Positions 20,138 to 30,630 of a stretch of DNA of 64,000 nucleotides are shown here, one piece after another. Below the pieces are notes generated by a model. The model searched no databases. It worked only from the letters and a program-made list of their open reading frames with translations, and was not told the DNA's origin. The first letter of the stretch is position 1. The number at the start of each line of letters is the position of its first letter. A program made the translations under genes and the position numbers. Origin of the DNA: Bacteroidia bacterium. GTDB taxonomy: Bacteria > Bacteroidota > Bacteroidia > JADZBD01. The stretch covers positions 10,913 through 74,912 of the forward strand of contig JAGVMA010000068.1 of NCBI GenBank assembly GCA_020054095.1, in the 5' to 3' direction.

Positions 20138-22105
20138 ATGATAAAACACAGTTTTTTTACTTTACTACTTTTTGTTGCCACTGCTGCCACACCGCAGCGC
20201 ATTAGCCACGAGTATTTAAAATACGATTGGGATACCGACCCCAAACTTCACGAACTAAGAGGCAATGAAACTAAAGAGGGAACAGTCATACTTCGTGATA
20301 AACGCATGCACGAGTTTTTTTACGATATACAAGGCAATTTGCTTTTATATACCACACACCACCGCACTATAAAAGTAAATTCTGATAAGTCAATCGAGGA
20401 AAATAATAAGGTGTATATATCGGCATCAAATGTTTTGGAATTTGTGGAAGTAAAAGCGCGCTCACTGTCAAAAGATGGAAAGGTAACCGTGCTTAACAAA
20501 ACGAATATTAAAGATGTTGACAATTTGGAGAACTCCGGTCCATATAAAATTTTTGCATTCGAAGGAGTAGAAGTTGGCAGCGAAATAGAGTATTTGTATA
20601 CTACAAAAAAATATCCTAATTCGTATGTTGGTGGTGGCGAGTTTGTTCAATCGGATGAAATAAGACACGAAGTGGAAATATCACTCATCTGCCCCGATAA
20701 TTTAAAATTTGAATTGAAAAGCTATAACGGATTCTCCGAATTTAAAGATTCGCGCTTGGATGGCGACCGCAGAATATATACTGCAAAAATGGATACGATT
20801 CCGCTTCTAAAAAGTGAAAAATATGCTGCTTATCAGGCAAATCTTATGCGTGTGGAATACCGCCTTGCATCTAACGATGATAAAAAATTATTTTCATACA
20901 GCATTGCTGCCGACCGCTATTATTCTGTTATAACCGGCTTAGAGAAAAATCACAAAAAAGATGTAGCTAAGCTGCTTAAAAAAATTAAACTGGATAAAAA
21001 AGCATCAACCGAAATTCAGATTAAACAAATTGAAAGTTATGTGAAACAAAATTTTTTAGTTTTTGACTTAGGCGGCTCCGATTTATTTTCGGATGTATCG
21101 CAAGTTATAAAAGGAAAAATTGGTAGCGAAGTAGCAATGCTTAAAATATATGTTGAACTTTTTAGGCAAGCAAAATTAGATGCCGAAGTGGTTTTTACAA
21201 CCGAGAGAGGCTACAAAAGATTCGATGCCAACTTTGAATCGTGGGCTTATTTAGATAAAATTTTACTTTATTTTCCTGCCATTGACCAATTTATGGCTCC
21301 GGGCGAAAAATACACACGCACCGGTTTTGTACCGCAAGATTGGACCGAGAATGACGGACTTTTTGTTAAACCCGTGGAAGCCGGTGGTGTGGTAATGGGA
21401 GTAGGAAAAGTAAAAAAAATAAAAACACCCGGCTACAAACTTAGCTACGATAATATTTATGCCGATATAAAATTCGACAACGACTTTACTGAAACAACTA
21501 TTCACTTAAAGCGCACTTTTACCGGCTATAGCTCAGCCGGAATTCAACCGCTTTACACTGCTTTGCCTGATGATCAACGAAAAGGATTAGTAAACGATTT
21601 GATGAAAATTATTGCCGAAGATTCTAAAATATCGGATACGGTTGTGAGCAATTACGATGAGCAGTCGCTTTTTATAAAACCATTTACCATTGAAGGAAAT
21701 GTTAAAACACAATCAATGTTCGAAAAAGCAGGCGATAAATATTTGTTTAAAATAGGTAACGTAATAGGCCCGCAAGCCGAGTTATATCAGGAAGAAAAAA
21801 GAAAAACAGATGTAGAGAATGAATTTAACCGTGGCTATTACCGCGAAATTACATTCACAATTCCTGATGGATATAAAATTACCAACCTCAGTGCCTTGAA
21901 CTTTAATGTGGCTTGCGGTGATGCTTCCAATCCGGAAGCAGAATTTAAATCGAGCTACACTATTAATGGCAATAAAGTTAAAATTGTAATAGATGAAAAT
22001 TACCGCCAGCTAATATTGCCCATCACTAAGTTTGAAGATTTTAGAAAAGTAATTAATGCTGCTGCCGATTTTAATAAAGTAGTTCTCTTTTTAGAAAAAA
22101 AATAA
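20138..22105 (+). CDS. DUF3857/transglutaminase-fold paralog lacking catalytic residues
   Basis: Same architecture (G.EIEY.Y, I..YVK.N, TIP.GY, F..VINAAA.FNK.VL) but no GDCKD, NH or LD motifs. Confidence 0.78.
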   Translation: MIKHSFFTLLLFVATAATPQRISHEYLKYDWDTDPKLHELRGNETKEGTVILRDKRMHEFFYDIQGNLLLYTTHHRTIKVNSDKSIEENNKVYISASNVLEFVEVKARSLSKDGKVTVLNKTNIKDVDNLENSGPYKIFAFEGVEVGSEIEYLYTTKKYPNSYVGGGEFVQSDEIRHEVEISLICPDNLKFELKSYNGFSEFKDSRLDGDRRIYTAKMDTIPLLKSEKYAAYQANLMRVEYRLASNDDKKLFSYSIAADRYYSVITGLEKNHKKDVAKLLKKIKLDKKASTEIQIKQIESYVKQNFLVFDLGGSDLFSDVSQVIKGKIGSEVAMLKIYVELFRQAKLDAEVVFTTERGYKRFDANFESWAYLDKILLYFPAIDQFMAPGEKYTRTGFVPQDWTENDGLFVKPVEAGGVVMGVGKVKKIKTPGYKLSYDNIYADIKFDNDFTETTIHLKRTFTGYSSAGIQPLYTALPDDQRKGLVNDLMKIIAEDSKISDTVVSNYDEQSLFIKPFTIEGNVKTQSMFEKAGDKYLFKIGNVIGPQAELYQEEKRKTDVENEFNRGYYREITFTIPDGYKITNLSALNFNVACGDASNPEAEFKSSYTINGNKVKIVIDENYRQLILPITKFEDFRKVINAAADFNKVVLFLEKK

Positions 22106-22117
22106 AAACACATAACC

Positions 22118-23278
22118 ATGCCACGTATATTAATTGTTGACGATGAAAAAAGTATCCGCAAAGCTTTACGCGAAATTTTGGAGTACGAAGATTTTAAAGT
22201 AGATGAAGCTGCCGATGGCGCAGAAGGATTAGCGGCTCTGCAAAAAGAAAAGTTTGATATTGTGCTTTGCGATATTAAGATGCCTAAAGTGGATGGCATG
22301 GAAGTATTAGACAAAGCGCTCGATGCCGATACCGATACCCCTATTATTATGATTTCAGGACACGGAACAATTGAAACAGCAGTAGAAGCAGTAAAAAAAG
22401 GAGCTTACGATTTTATTGCCAAGCCGCTTGATTTAAACAGGCTGCTCGTTACCATTCGCAATGCGATGGACAAATCTAAATTAGTAACCGAAACCAAAGT
22501 GCTAAAGCGCAAGGTTACTAAAACCTATGATATGATAGGCGACAGCAAACCAATTTTACAAATAAAAGAAATGGTGGACAGAGTTGCGCCTACCGAAGCT
22601 CGTGTGCTCATTACCGGAAGCAACGGAACAGGCAAAGAATTGGTTGCACGTTGGCTACACGAAAAAAGCAACCGAGCAGGCGCACCCATGGTTGAAGTAA
22701 ACTGTGCCGCTATTCCGTCAGAATTAATTGAAAGCGAACTTTTTGGGCACGAAAAAGGTGCATTCACATCTGCTGTTGCACAGCGCAAAGGTAAATTTGA
22801 AGTAGCCGAGGGCGGAACCATTTTCTTAGATGAAATTGGCGATATGAGCTTATCGGCACAAGCAAAAGTATTGCGAGCACTGCAAGAAAATAAAATTACA
22901 CGCGTAGGTGGCGATAAAGAATTTAAAGTGAACGTGCGGGTGATAGCGGCTACTAATAAAGATTTGCAAAATGAAATAAAAGAAAACCGTTTTCGCGAAG
23001 ATTTATATCACCGCCTCAGCGTTATTTTAATTCATGTGCCGGCACTTAACGATAGAAAAGAAGACATTCCATTGCTGGTTGAGCATTTTGCTAAGTTGAT
23101 TTCTGATGAACAAGGGCTTCCGCAAAAAACATTCAGCAAAGAATCGCTTAAAGAATTGCAAAAAATTAACTGGACCGGAAACATTCGAGAACTTCGCAAC
23201 GTAGTAGAACGCCTGCTTATATTGTGCGATAAAACAATCACTGATAAAGATGTGGCGGCTTATGCAAGGCCTAAGTAA
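22118..23278 (+). CDS. Sigma54-interaction response regulator (NtrX/NtrC-like; REC plus AAA+, no C-terminal HTH)
   Basis: ILIVDDE, CDIKMP receiver; GSNGTGKE, ESELFGHEKGAFTSA, FLDEIGD, FREDLYHRL, W.GNIREL. Confidence 0.92.
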   Translation: MPRILIVDDEKSIRKALREILEYEDFKVDEAADGAEGLAALQKEKFDIVLCDIKMPKVDGMEVLDKALDADTDTPIIMISGHGTIETAVEAVKKGAYDFIAKPLDLNRLLVTIRNAMDKSKLVTETKVLKRKVTKTYDMIGDSKPILQIKEMVDRVAPTEARVLITGSNGTGKELVARWLHEKSNRAGAPMVEVNCAAIPSELIESELFGHEKGAFTSAVAQRKGKFEVAEGGTIFLDEIGDMSLSAQAKVLRALQENKITRVGGDKEFKVNVRVIAATNKDLQNEIKENRFREDLYHRLSVILIHVPALNDRKEDIPLLVEHFAKLISDEQGLPQKTFSKESLKELQKINWTGNIRELRNVVERLLILCDKTITDKDVAAYARPK

Positions 23279-23291
23279 GTGTTGAGAAAAA

Positions 23292-23918
23292 CTAATCGTA
23301 AACTACTTTGTAAATTTTAAGCATTGCATCGCACGATGTGTAGCTAACCACATACACTTCTGTGCGCTTGTTTTTGTTCACGTCAAATTCAAAAACTTTA
23401 ATATTGTTTAACCCAATAAATTGCACACTACTTTTTTTAGTGCTCACTTTTACTTTGTTTTTGCGAGTATCAATGCAGCGCTGCTCACGCTGCGTAATCA
23501 CATAAGGGCTGTTAGCAGTTGTAAAATCGGTTAAATCAAAATCAATAACTATAGCCACTTTATATGGATTAGGTTCTCCATCGGCAGTAAATTCAACCGG
23601 ACTGTATTTTAATTCTACATCAGCAAGTTTAACTGTGGGCGTAATTCCGTTTTTATCTAACTGCAAATTATAGGTAGAGGCGTAAGACGAAAAAACCAAA
23701 GTGGTGCTGTCTTTATAAACAAAACAAACTTTAAATCCTTTGTGAAAATGGCTGCCGTATTTGCCGTTATACAATTCGTAAACCTTTGCTTTGCCTGTTA
23801 TTACTATTAAACTGTCGGTTTTGGCTATTTGCTTTTGCGGAATAAATTTTGGTAAATTTTGGGCTATAACACTATAAAACATAGTGGTGAACAATATGTA
23901 AATAAGATGGGGGCGCAT
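23292..23918 (-). CDS. Hypothetical exported protein
   Basis: 208-aa ORF filling the gap, with signal peptide ending VIA-Q; no recognised motif. Confidence 0.65.
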   Translation of the reverse strand: MRPHLIYILFTTMFYSVIAQNLPKFIPQKQIAKTDSLIVITGKAKVYELYNGKYGSHFHKGFKVCFVYKDSTTLVFSSYASTYNLQLDKNGITPTVKLADVELKYSPVEFTADGEPNPYKVAIVIDFDLTDFTTANSPYVITQREQRCIDTRKNKVKVSTKKSSVQFIGLNNIKVFEFDVNKNKRTEVYVVSYTSCDAMLKIYKVVYD

Positions 23919-23943
23919 TTCGAGATAAATGTATAAATATTTC

Positions 23944-23951
23944 TACTTTTG
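23944..23951 (+). promoter_or_regulatory. -7 promoter element for eno
   Basis: TACTTTTG, 50 nt upstream of ATG. Confidence 0.65.
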
Positions 23952-23983
23952 CTCACCAAATAATTTTTTAACACAAAATTTAA

Positions 23984-25288
<1,305 letters not shown>

Positions 25289-25302
25289 TCTATTTTTCAG
25301 AG

Positions 25303-26115
25303 TTAAATTTCTTTTACTACATCGTAGCCATAACGCATTATCATTATTGCTACGATAAAGAGAAAGATGATGCGCACAAAAGCGTTTCCTTTTTTTAGTG
25401 CAATTTTACTGCCTATTACACTGCCTGCAATATTGCAGATGGCCATTAGCATTGCAATATCAAGCAAATAATTGCCCTGCTTTATAAAAACTATTAATGC
25501 CGAAATATTGGTAAAGCAATTTATTATTTTAGCGTAAGCCGAAGCGGCAACAAATTCAAATCCTAAAATAACAACAAAGCCAAGCACAAAAAAACTGCCC
25601 GTTCCGGGCCCGAAAAATCCATCGTAAAAACCTACTATCACTGCTATTAAAGCACCTAACCACATTTGCCTTTTGGCAGATAATGTTTTGCTTTGCACCG
25701 CACCCAAATCTTTTTTAATAAAAGTGTAAATGGCAATTAAAACAAGTACCACCAAAATTGCGGGCTTTAGCGTGGTTACATTTATGTATGTTACGGCTTT
25801 TGCCCCACAATAAGACGCAGCAAATGAAAAAACCGAAACAACAAACAATAATTTAAAATTAAATTTTATGCGCCTTGCATATTGGTAAGCAGCCACTGTG
25901 GTGCCGGCAAGTGCCGCTATTTTATTAGTGCCAAACAAATTGGGCAGGGCAGTAGCGGGCAAGTTAATAAGCAAGGCAGGCAATTGAATAAGTCCGCCAC
26001 CGCCCACCACGGCATCAATAAAGCCGGCCACAAATGCTAAAACCCCAAGCGTTATTATTGTTAAAACGGTGTAATTGGCAAAAAAATCAATAATTAATAT
26101 ACAAACACAAGTCAT
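25303..26115 (-). CDS. TauE/SafE (TSUP) family membrane protein; start uncertain
   Basis: AGFIDAVVGGGGLI.LP, GTNK, GFYDGFFGPGTGSF. Confidence 0.9.
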   Translation of the reverse strand: MTCVCILIIDFFANYTVLTIITLGVLAFVAGFIDAVVGGGGLIQLPALLINLPATALPNLFGTNKIAALAGTTVAAYQYARRIKFNFKLLFVVSVFSFAASYCGAKAVTYINVTTLKPAILVVLVLIAIYTFIKKDLGAVQSKTLSAKRQMWLGALIAVIVGFYDGFFGPGTGSFFVLGFVVILGFEFVAASAYAKIINCFTNISALIVFIKQGNYLLDIAMLMAICNIAGSVIGSKIALKKGNAFVRIIFLFIVAIMIMRYGYDVVKEI

Positions 26116-26170
26116 TGCATCACAATAGTAATGTTTTTTGCTTTATTTATTTTCATACCCATTGCATGTT

Positions 26171-26217
26171 TCAATTAAAGCATGGAGGTACTCAATTAAA
26201 GCATGGAGGTGCTTTAA
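26171..26217. repeat. 21-bp-period tandem duplication with embedded hairpin
   Basis: TCAATTAAAGCATGGAGGT at 26171-26189 and 26192-26210; TTAAAGCA-TGGAGG-TGCTTTAA inverted repeat at 26196-26217. Confidence 0.85.
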
Positions 26218-26244
26218 CAAGCCGAAAAATACAATAAAAGCTAA

Positions 26245-26883
26245 CTACTTTTTCTCTTTCACCTCGCCCAAAAAGCTAATTACGCAAGTGCTTTTAGCAG
26301 TTTTATGGCTGCGGATAGCGATGCCGGCAAATTTAAAATTAGCGTTTAAAATATTTTTTCGGTGGCCGCTGTCGCCCACACCTTCATCTATAATAAGTGT
26401 GCACACCGTTTTTAACGCATTACCTAATCCATAGTAACAGTTTTCGCCCACCCAGCCGCTGTATTTTTTCTTCACCTCTTTTGTGTAGCGCTCTTCAAAT
26501 CCCTGATGACCTTTGCTTCCGCTTTTGCCGCTTTTTTCGGCATAGTCGGCAGCAATTTTAGTTACTTCATCGCTCGGCAAAAGCACACCCATTTTTGATG
26601 TGGAGTTTAAATCATCTTGCGCTTTTTTTAAATACGCGCTGCCTTTGTAATTAACCGAATCGGTATAAAATTTAAGTATAGTGGCTTCAAATAATGGCGG
26701 ATTAATTCGTGCCAAATTCATGTAAAACAACACCGCTTTTTCTTCTGCCGATAGCGATACATCATCTTTTCCGGTATTAGCTTTTTCTAAATCTTTTTTA
26801 TCCCATTGTGCAAATTTATCGGTGCTTGCCGGAGCAAATGATAGAAAAATAACTGCTACTGATAACATAAATAGTTTGTACAT
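26245..26883 (-). CDS. CAP (SCP) domain exported protein
   Basis: Signal peptide; MNLAR.NP, GH..F..R, GENC.YG, LIIDEGV...GHRKNIL, GIAI..H. Confidence 0.88.
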   Translation of the reverse strand: MYKLFMLSVAVIFLSFAPASTDKFAQWDKKDLEKANTGKDDVSLSAEEKAVLFYMNLARINPPLFEATILKFYTDSVNYKGSAYLKKAQDDLNSTSKMGVLLPSDEVTKIAADYAEKSGKSGSKGHQGFEERYTKEVKKKYSGWVGENCYYGLGNALKTVCTLIIDEGVGDSGHRKNILNANFKFAGIAIRSHKTAKSTCVISFLGEVKEKK

Positions 26884-26958
26884 AAATTTGTTTTTTGTTT
26901 TGATAAAAATAAAAAATACAGCTAAAAATTGTTGCTATTTTTATGAGCAATTATCAGC

Positions 26959-28614
26959 ATGCTAAAAAGTATTACCATAAATAATTATGCCCTTATTGAT
27001 GAGCTAAACATTAATCTCGATAGCGGCTTAACCATTATAACTGGCGAAACAGGAGCCGGAAAATCTATCTTACTTGGTGCACTTGCACTTGTTTTGGGCG
27101 ATAGAGCTGATTCATCGGCATTACAGGAGAAAACCAAAAAATGTGTTGTGGAGGGAGTGTTCGATTTATCAAAACAAAAGCTAAAAAGTTTTTTTGCCGA
27201 TAACGATTTAGATTACGAAACACTTTGCACCATTCGCAGAGAAATTAGTGCTGAGGGCAAATCAAGAGCATTTATTAATGATACACCAGTTACGTTACAA
27301 GTTTTAAAAACTTTGGGTGAATCGTTAATTGATGTCCATTCGCAACACCAAACGCTTATCCTTAATAAAGCTAATTTTCAGTTGGCCGTGGTAGATGCTT
27401 TTGCTGAACATGTAAAAGATGTGGATGCTTACACTACTGATTACGCTGCATATAAAAAACGTAGCGAGCAATTAATTGTTTTAGAAAACGAGGAAGCGCA
27501 ATCAAAAAAAGATGTAGATTATTTTCAGTTTCAGTTTACAGAATTAGAACAAGCAGATTTAGATGCAATTGATTTGCCGGCAATGGAAAGTGAATTGCAA
27601 ACACTGATGAATGCAGAAGACATAAAAGCTAACTTGTTGCGTATAACTAATTCCTTAACGGGTGGCGATGTAAATTTACTTTCATCATTAAGCGAAGTGA
27701 AACAAGTATTGACGCAATTGGCTAAATTCAATAAAGAAATAGCAGCACTAAGCGAACGTACAAATGCATCGCTGATTGAGTTAAAAGATATTGCCCGCGA
27801 AATAGAATCGGTGGAAGAAGATGTTGTTTACAATCCTAAACGGATGGAGGAGTTGTCGGCAAAAACAGATGAGCTAAACCGCTTGTTGCTGAAACATCGT
27901 GTGCAAAACACGGCAGATTTAATTGCAATACGTAACACCTTAGCCGATAAATTGCAAGGCATTTCATCGCTCGATATTCAAATAGAAAAACTAAAAAAAG
28001 AAATGGCACTTGCCGAGAAAAATTTATTTTCTAAAGCACAAAAACTTTCAAAGGCAAGGCAAGCGGCTATGCCACAAATAGAAAAAGAGATAAGCAAAAC
28101 GCTTACACAGCTTGGTATGCCCAATGCTCAACTAATTGTGAAAAGCGATGTAACAGATAAACTAACTGCAACCGGAATTGATTCTGTTGGTTTTCTTTTT
28201 TCGGCTAATAAAGGCAGCAATGCTAAGGAACTAAACAAAGTGGCATCGGGTGGCGAATTGTCTCGCTTAATGCTGAGCATAAAAGCATTGGTGGCAAAGT
28301 TAACACAATTGCCATCTATCATTTTTGATGAAATAGATACAGGAGTTTCGGGCGATGTGGCAAATAAAGTGGGCGAAATTATGAGCAAAATGGGTGTAAG
28401 CATGCAAGTAATTGCAATTACACATTTGCCTCAAATTGCAGGAAAAGGCGCTGCACACTTGTTCGTTTTCAAAGAAATAAAAAACGGAAAAACTTTCACA
28501 AGAATTAAAGAACTTAATAAGGAGGAGCGCATTTATGAAATTGCCCGCATGTTAAGTACCGATAAACCTACTGATGCAGCCATAAAAAATGCCAAAGAAT
28601 TGTTAAAAGTTTAA
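26959..28614 (+). CDS. recN: DNA repair protein RecN
   Basis: ITGETGAGKS, SRAFIN, IDVHSQH, ASGGELSR, IFDEIDTG, ITHLPQIA. Confidence 0.97.
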   Translation: MLKSITINNYALIDELNINLDSGLTIITGETGAGKSILLGALALVLGDRADSSALQEKTKKCVVEGVFDLSKQKLKSFFADNDLDYETLCTIRREISAEGKSRAFINDTPVTLQVLKTLGESLIDVHSQHQTLILNKANFQLAVVDAFAEHVKDVDAYTTDYAAYKKRSEQLIVLENEEAQSKKDVDYFQFQFTELEQADLDAIDLPAMESELQTLMNAEDIKANLLRITNSLTGGDVNLLSSLSEVKQVLTQLAKFNKEIAALSERTNASLIELKDIAREIESVEEDVVYNPKRMEELSAKTDELNRLLLKHRVQNTADLIAIRNTLADKLQGISSLDIQIEKLKKEMALAEKNLFSKAQKLSKARQAAMPQIEKEISKTLTQLGMPNAQLIVKSDVTDKLTATGIDSVGFLFSANKGSNAKELNKVASGGELSRLMLSIKALVAKLTQLPSIIFDEIDTGVSGDVANKVGEIMSKMGVSMQVIAITHLPQIAGKGAAHLFVFKEIKNGKTFTRIKELNKEERIYEIARMLSTDKPTDAAIKNAKELLKV

Positions 28615-28648
28615 AGCTATATTTGTTAATCTCAAAAAAAGAAAAATT

Positions 28649-29452
28649 ATGTTAGGAATATTAGCAGGAAAAAAAGGAATTATATCAGGCGCATTGGATG
28701 CAAATTCAATAGCATGGAAAGTAGCCGAAACAGCTCACAAGCAAGGCGCTAAAATAGTTTTAACCAATGCGCCTATCGCCATGCGAATGGGCGAAATAAA
28801 AAAATTAGCCGAGCAAACCGGTTCAGAAATTATACCGGCTGACGCAACTTCTGTTGAAGAGTTAACTAATTTGTTTGCCAAATCGCAAGAGGCACTTGGC
28901 GGAAAAATTGATTTTGTGCTGCATTCAATTGGGATGTCGCCAAACATTCGAAAGAACATTCCTTACACCGAATTGAATTACGATTTCTACAATAAAAGTA
29001 TTGATGTGTCGGCTTTATCGTTGCATAAAATGCTTAGCGTAGCTTATAAAATGGACGCAATAAATGAATGGGGAAGCGTGGTTGCTTTATCATACATAGC
29101 AGCTCAACGCGTGTTTCCGTTTTATACTGACATGGCCGAAGCAAAAGCCGTGCTCGAATCAATTGTTCGTAGTTTTGGTTACCATTACGGAAAAGCAAAA
29201 AAAGTTCGTGTAAATAGTATTTCACAATCGCCAACAAAAACCACTGCCGGTGCCGGTATAAAAGGATTTGAGTCGTTTTACGATTTTGCAGAACAAATGT
29301 CGCCACTTGGTAATGCAAGCGCACAAGCATGCGCTGATTATTGTGTAGCCATGTTTAGTGATTATACTAAAATGGTAACGATGCAAAATCTTTTCCACGA
29401 TGGCGGATACTCAAATACCGGCATAAGTGGTGAGTTAATGCAAAAGTTGTAA
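28649..29452 (+). CDS. fabI: Enoyl-ACP reductase FabI (Bacteroidota type)
   Basis: GKKGII.GAL...SIAW, DFVLHSIGMS, Y.DM..AK..LES, VRVN.ISQSPT.T. TATATTTG promoter at 28618-28625. Confidence 0.92.
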   Translation: MLGILAGKKGIISGALDANSIAWKVAETAHKQGAKIVLTNAPIAMRMGEIKKLAEQTGSEIIPADATSVEELTNLFAKSQEALGGKIDFVLHSIGMSPNIRKNIPYTELNYDFYNKSIDVSALSLHKMLSVAYKMDAINEWGSVVALSYIAAQRVFPFYTDMAEAKAVLESIVRSFGYHYGKAKKVRVNSISQSPTKTTAGAGIKGFESFYDFAEQMSPLGNASAQACADYCVAMFSDYTKMVTMQNLFHDGGYSNTGISGELMQKL

Positions 29453-29488
29453 AATATTTTTCGACAAACTTCGTTATACCGAAACCAA

Positions 29489-30151
29489 TTGAATAGAAAA
29501 CATTTCATATCAGCTATTTTAGTTTTGCTAAATTTTTTTGGTTATTCGCAAGATGCAGCACCTGATGATACCAAAGGGACTATTCGTTTTACGTTTATGG
29601 TTCCACAGCCCACCGGCAACAAAGGGTTTAAGAAAAGTTTTACCGGCATTGCAGATTGTGGTTTAGAAATAAATTATAACATTAAAAATTTTGTACTTGG
29701 AGCTTATGGCAGGTATCGTTTTTTTCAGGCACGTGGCAGCCGAGCAAATAAACTGATTACTACAAATCAGGTTTCGGTGGGTGGTGGCTTAACTCTAGGA
29801 TTTGATTATCGTAAATCAAAAAATACAATCATCACACCATACATCAATGTGGGGTATAATTTTATTGAATACACTCGCGTTTCTTATTTAAACAATCCTC
29901 CTATTAATACAAGCGCATCTGGCATTAATATTGAGCCCGGTTTTAGAATTAACTGGCTAATTGAAGACGGATTTGGAATAGGCGTGTGCGCAAGTTATAA
30001 TTTACTTACTTATCAATTTAATCCTTACGATGTCTCGTTGAACGAATATTATTCTTACGATGCAAAAGATACAGAGGGAATTACACAATTTTTTAGTTTC
30101 GGATTTTGTGCATTTTGGGATTGGTCTAAACGGGCATCATCGGATTATTAA
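29489..30151 (+). CDS. Outer membrane beta-barrel protein (8-stranded OmpA-like type)
   Basis: TTG start, signal peptide, alternating aromatic/Gly beta strands (PYINVGY, FSFGF). Confidence 0.65.
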   Translation: MNRKHFISAILVLLNFFGYSQDAAPDDTKGTIRFTFMVPQPTGNKGFKKSFTGIADCGLEINYNIKNFVLGAYGRYRFFQARGSRANKLITTNQVSVGGGLTLGFDYRKSKNTIITPYINVGYNFIEYTRVSYLNNPPINTSASGINIEPGFRINWLIEDGFGIGVCASYNLLTYQFNPYDVSLNEYYSYDAKDTEGITQFFSFGFCAFWDWSKRASSDY

Positions 30152-30153
30152 TT

Positions 30154-30588
30154 ATGGATTGTGATACAGCATCGTGCTCTGCACAAGCAATAGGAAACAG
30201 CAATATTCACTTCATATTGCAAGTTTTAGTTTCATTTTTTTTGGCCATTACTTTTCTTCAATCAGGATGGGATAAATTAGATAACCGCACAGATAATCTT
30301 AATTGGCTTAAATCTCATTTTTCAAAATCAGTATTTAAAAATGTAGTTCCACTACTACTTATATTAATTACAGTTTTAGAAATTGCTGCGGGCACACTAA
30401 GTGCTGCTGGCATACTAGTATTGCTGTTTACGCAATGCGATTATTGGATGTTTTGGGGTAATTTATTATCAGCGGTCTCATTAATGTGTTTGTTTTTAGG
30501 CCAGCGCATCGCAAAAGATTATGCCGGAGCACAATCGTTAATTGCCTATTTCTTAATCACTCTTTTCGGTTTATGGCTTAACGGATAA
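30154..30588 (+). CDS. DoxX-family membrane protein
   Basis: FLAITFLQSG.DK, WLKSHF, LE..AG, LFLGQRIAKDYAGA. Confidence 0.85.
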   Translation: MDCDTASCSAQAIGNSNIHFILQVLVSFFLAITFLQSGWDKLDNRTDNLNWLKSHFSKSVFKNVVPLLLILITVLEIAAGTLSAAGILVLLFTQCDYWMFWGNLLSAVSLMCLFLGQRIAKDYAGAQSLIAYFLITLFGLWLNG

Positions 30589-30630
30589 TAGCGGTTAAGT
30601 CAATTTTATTACTGAAATTTAGCACTGCTT

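Noticed and set aside
26171..26217. Mini CRISPR array
   Set aside because: Only two copies separated by 2 nt, with no spacers and no cas genes.
26138..26434. 98-aa ORF with SIKAWR repeat
   Set aside because: TTG start, mostly antisense to the CAP gene; the peptide repeat just reflects the 21-bp DNA duplication.
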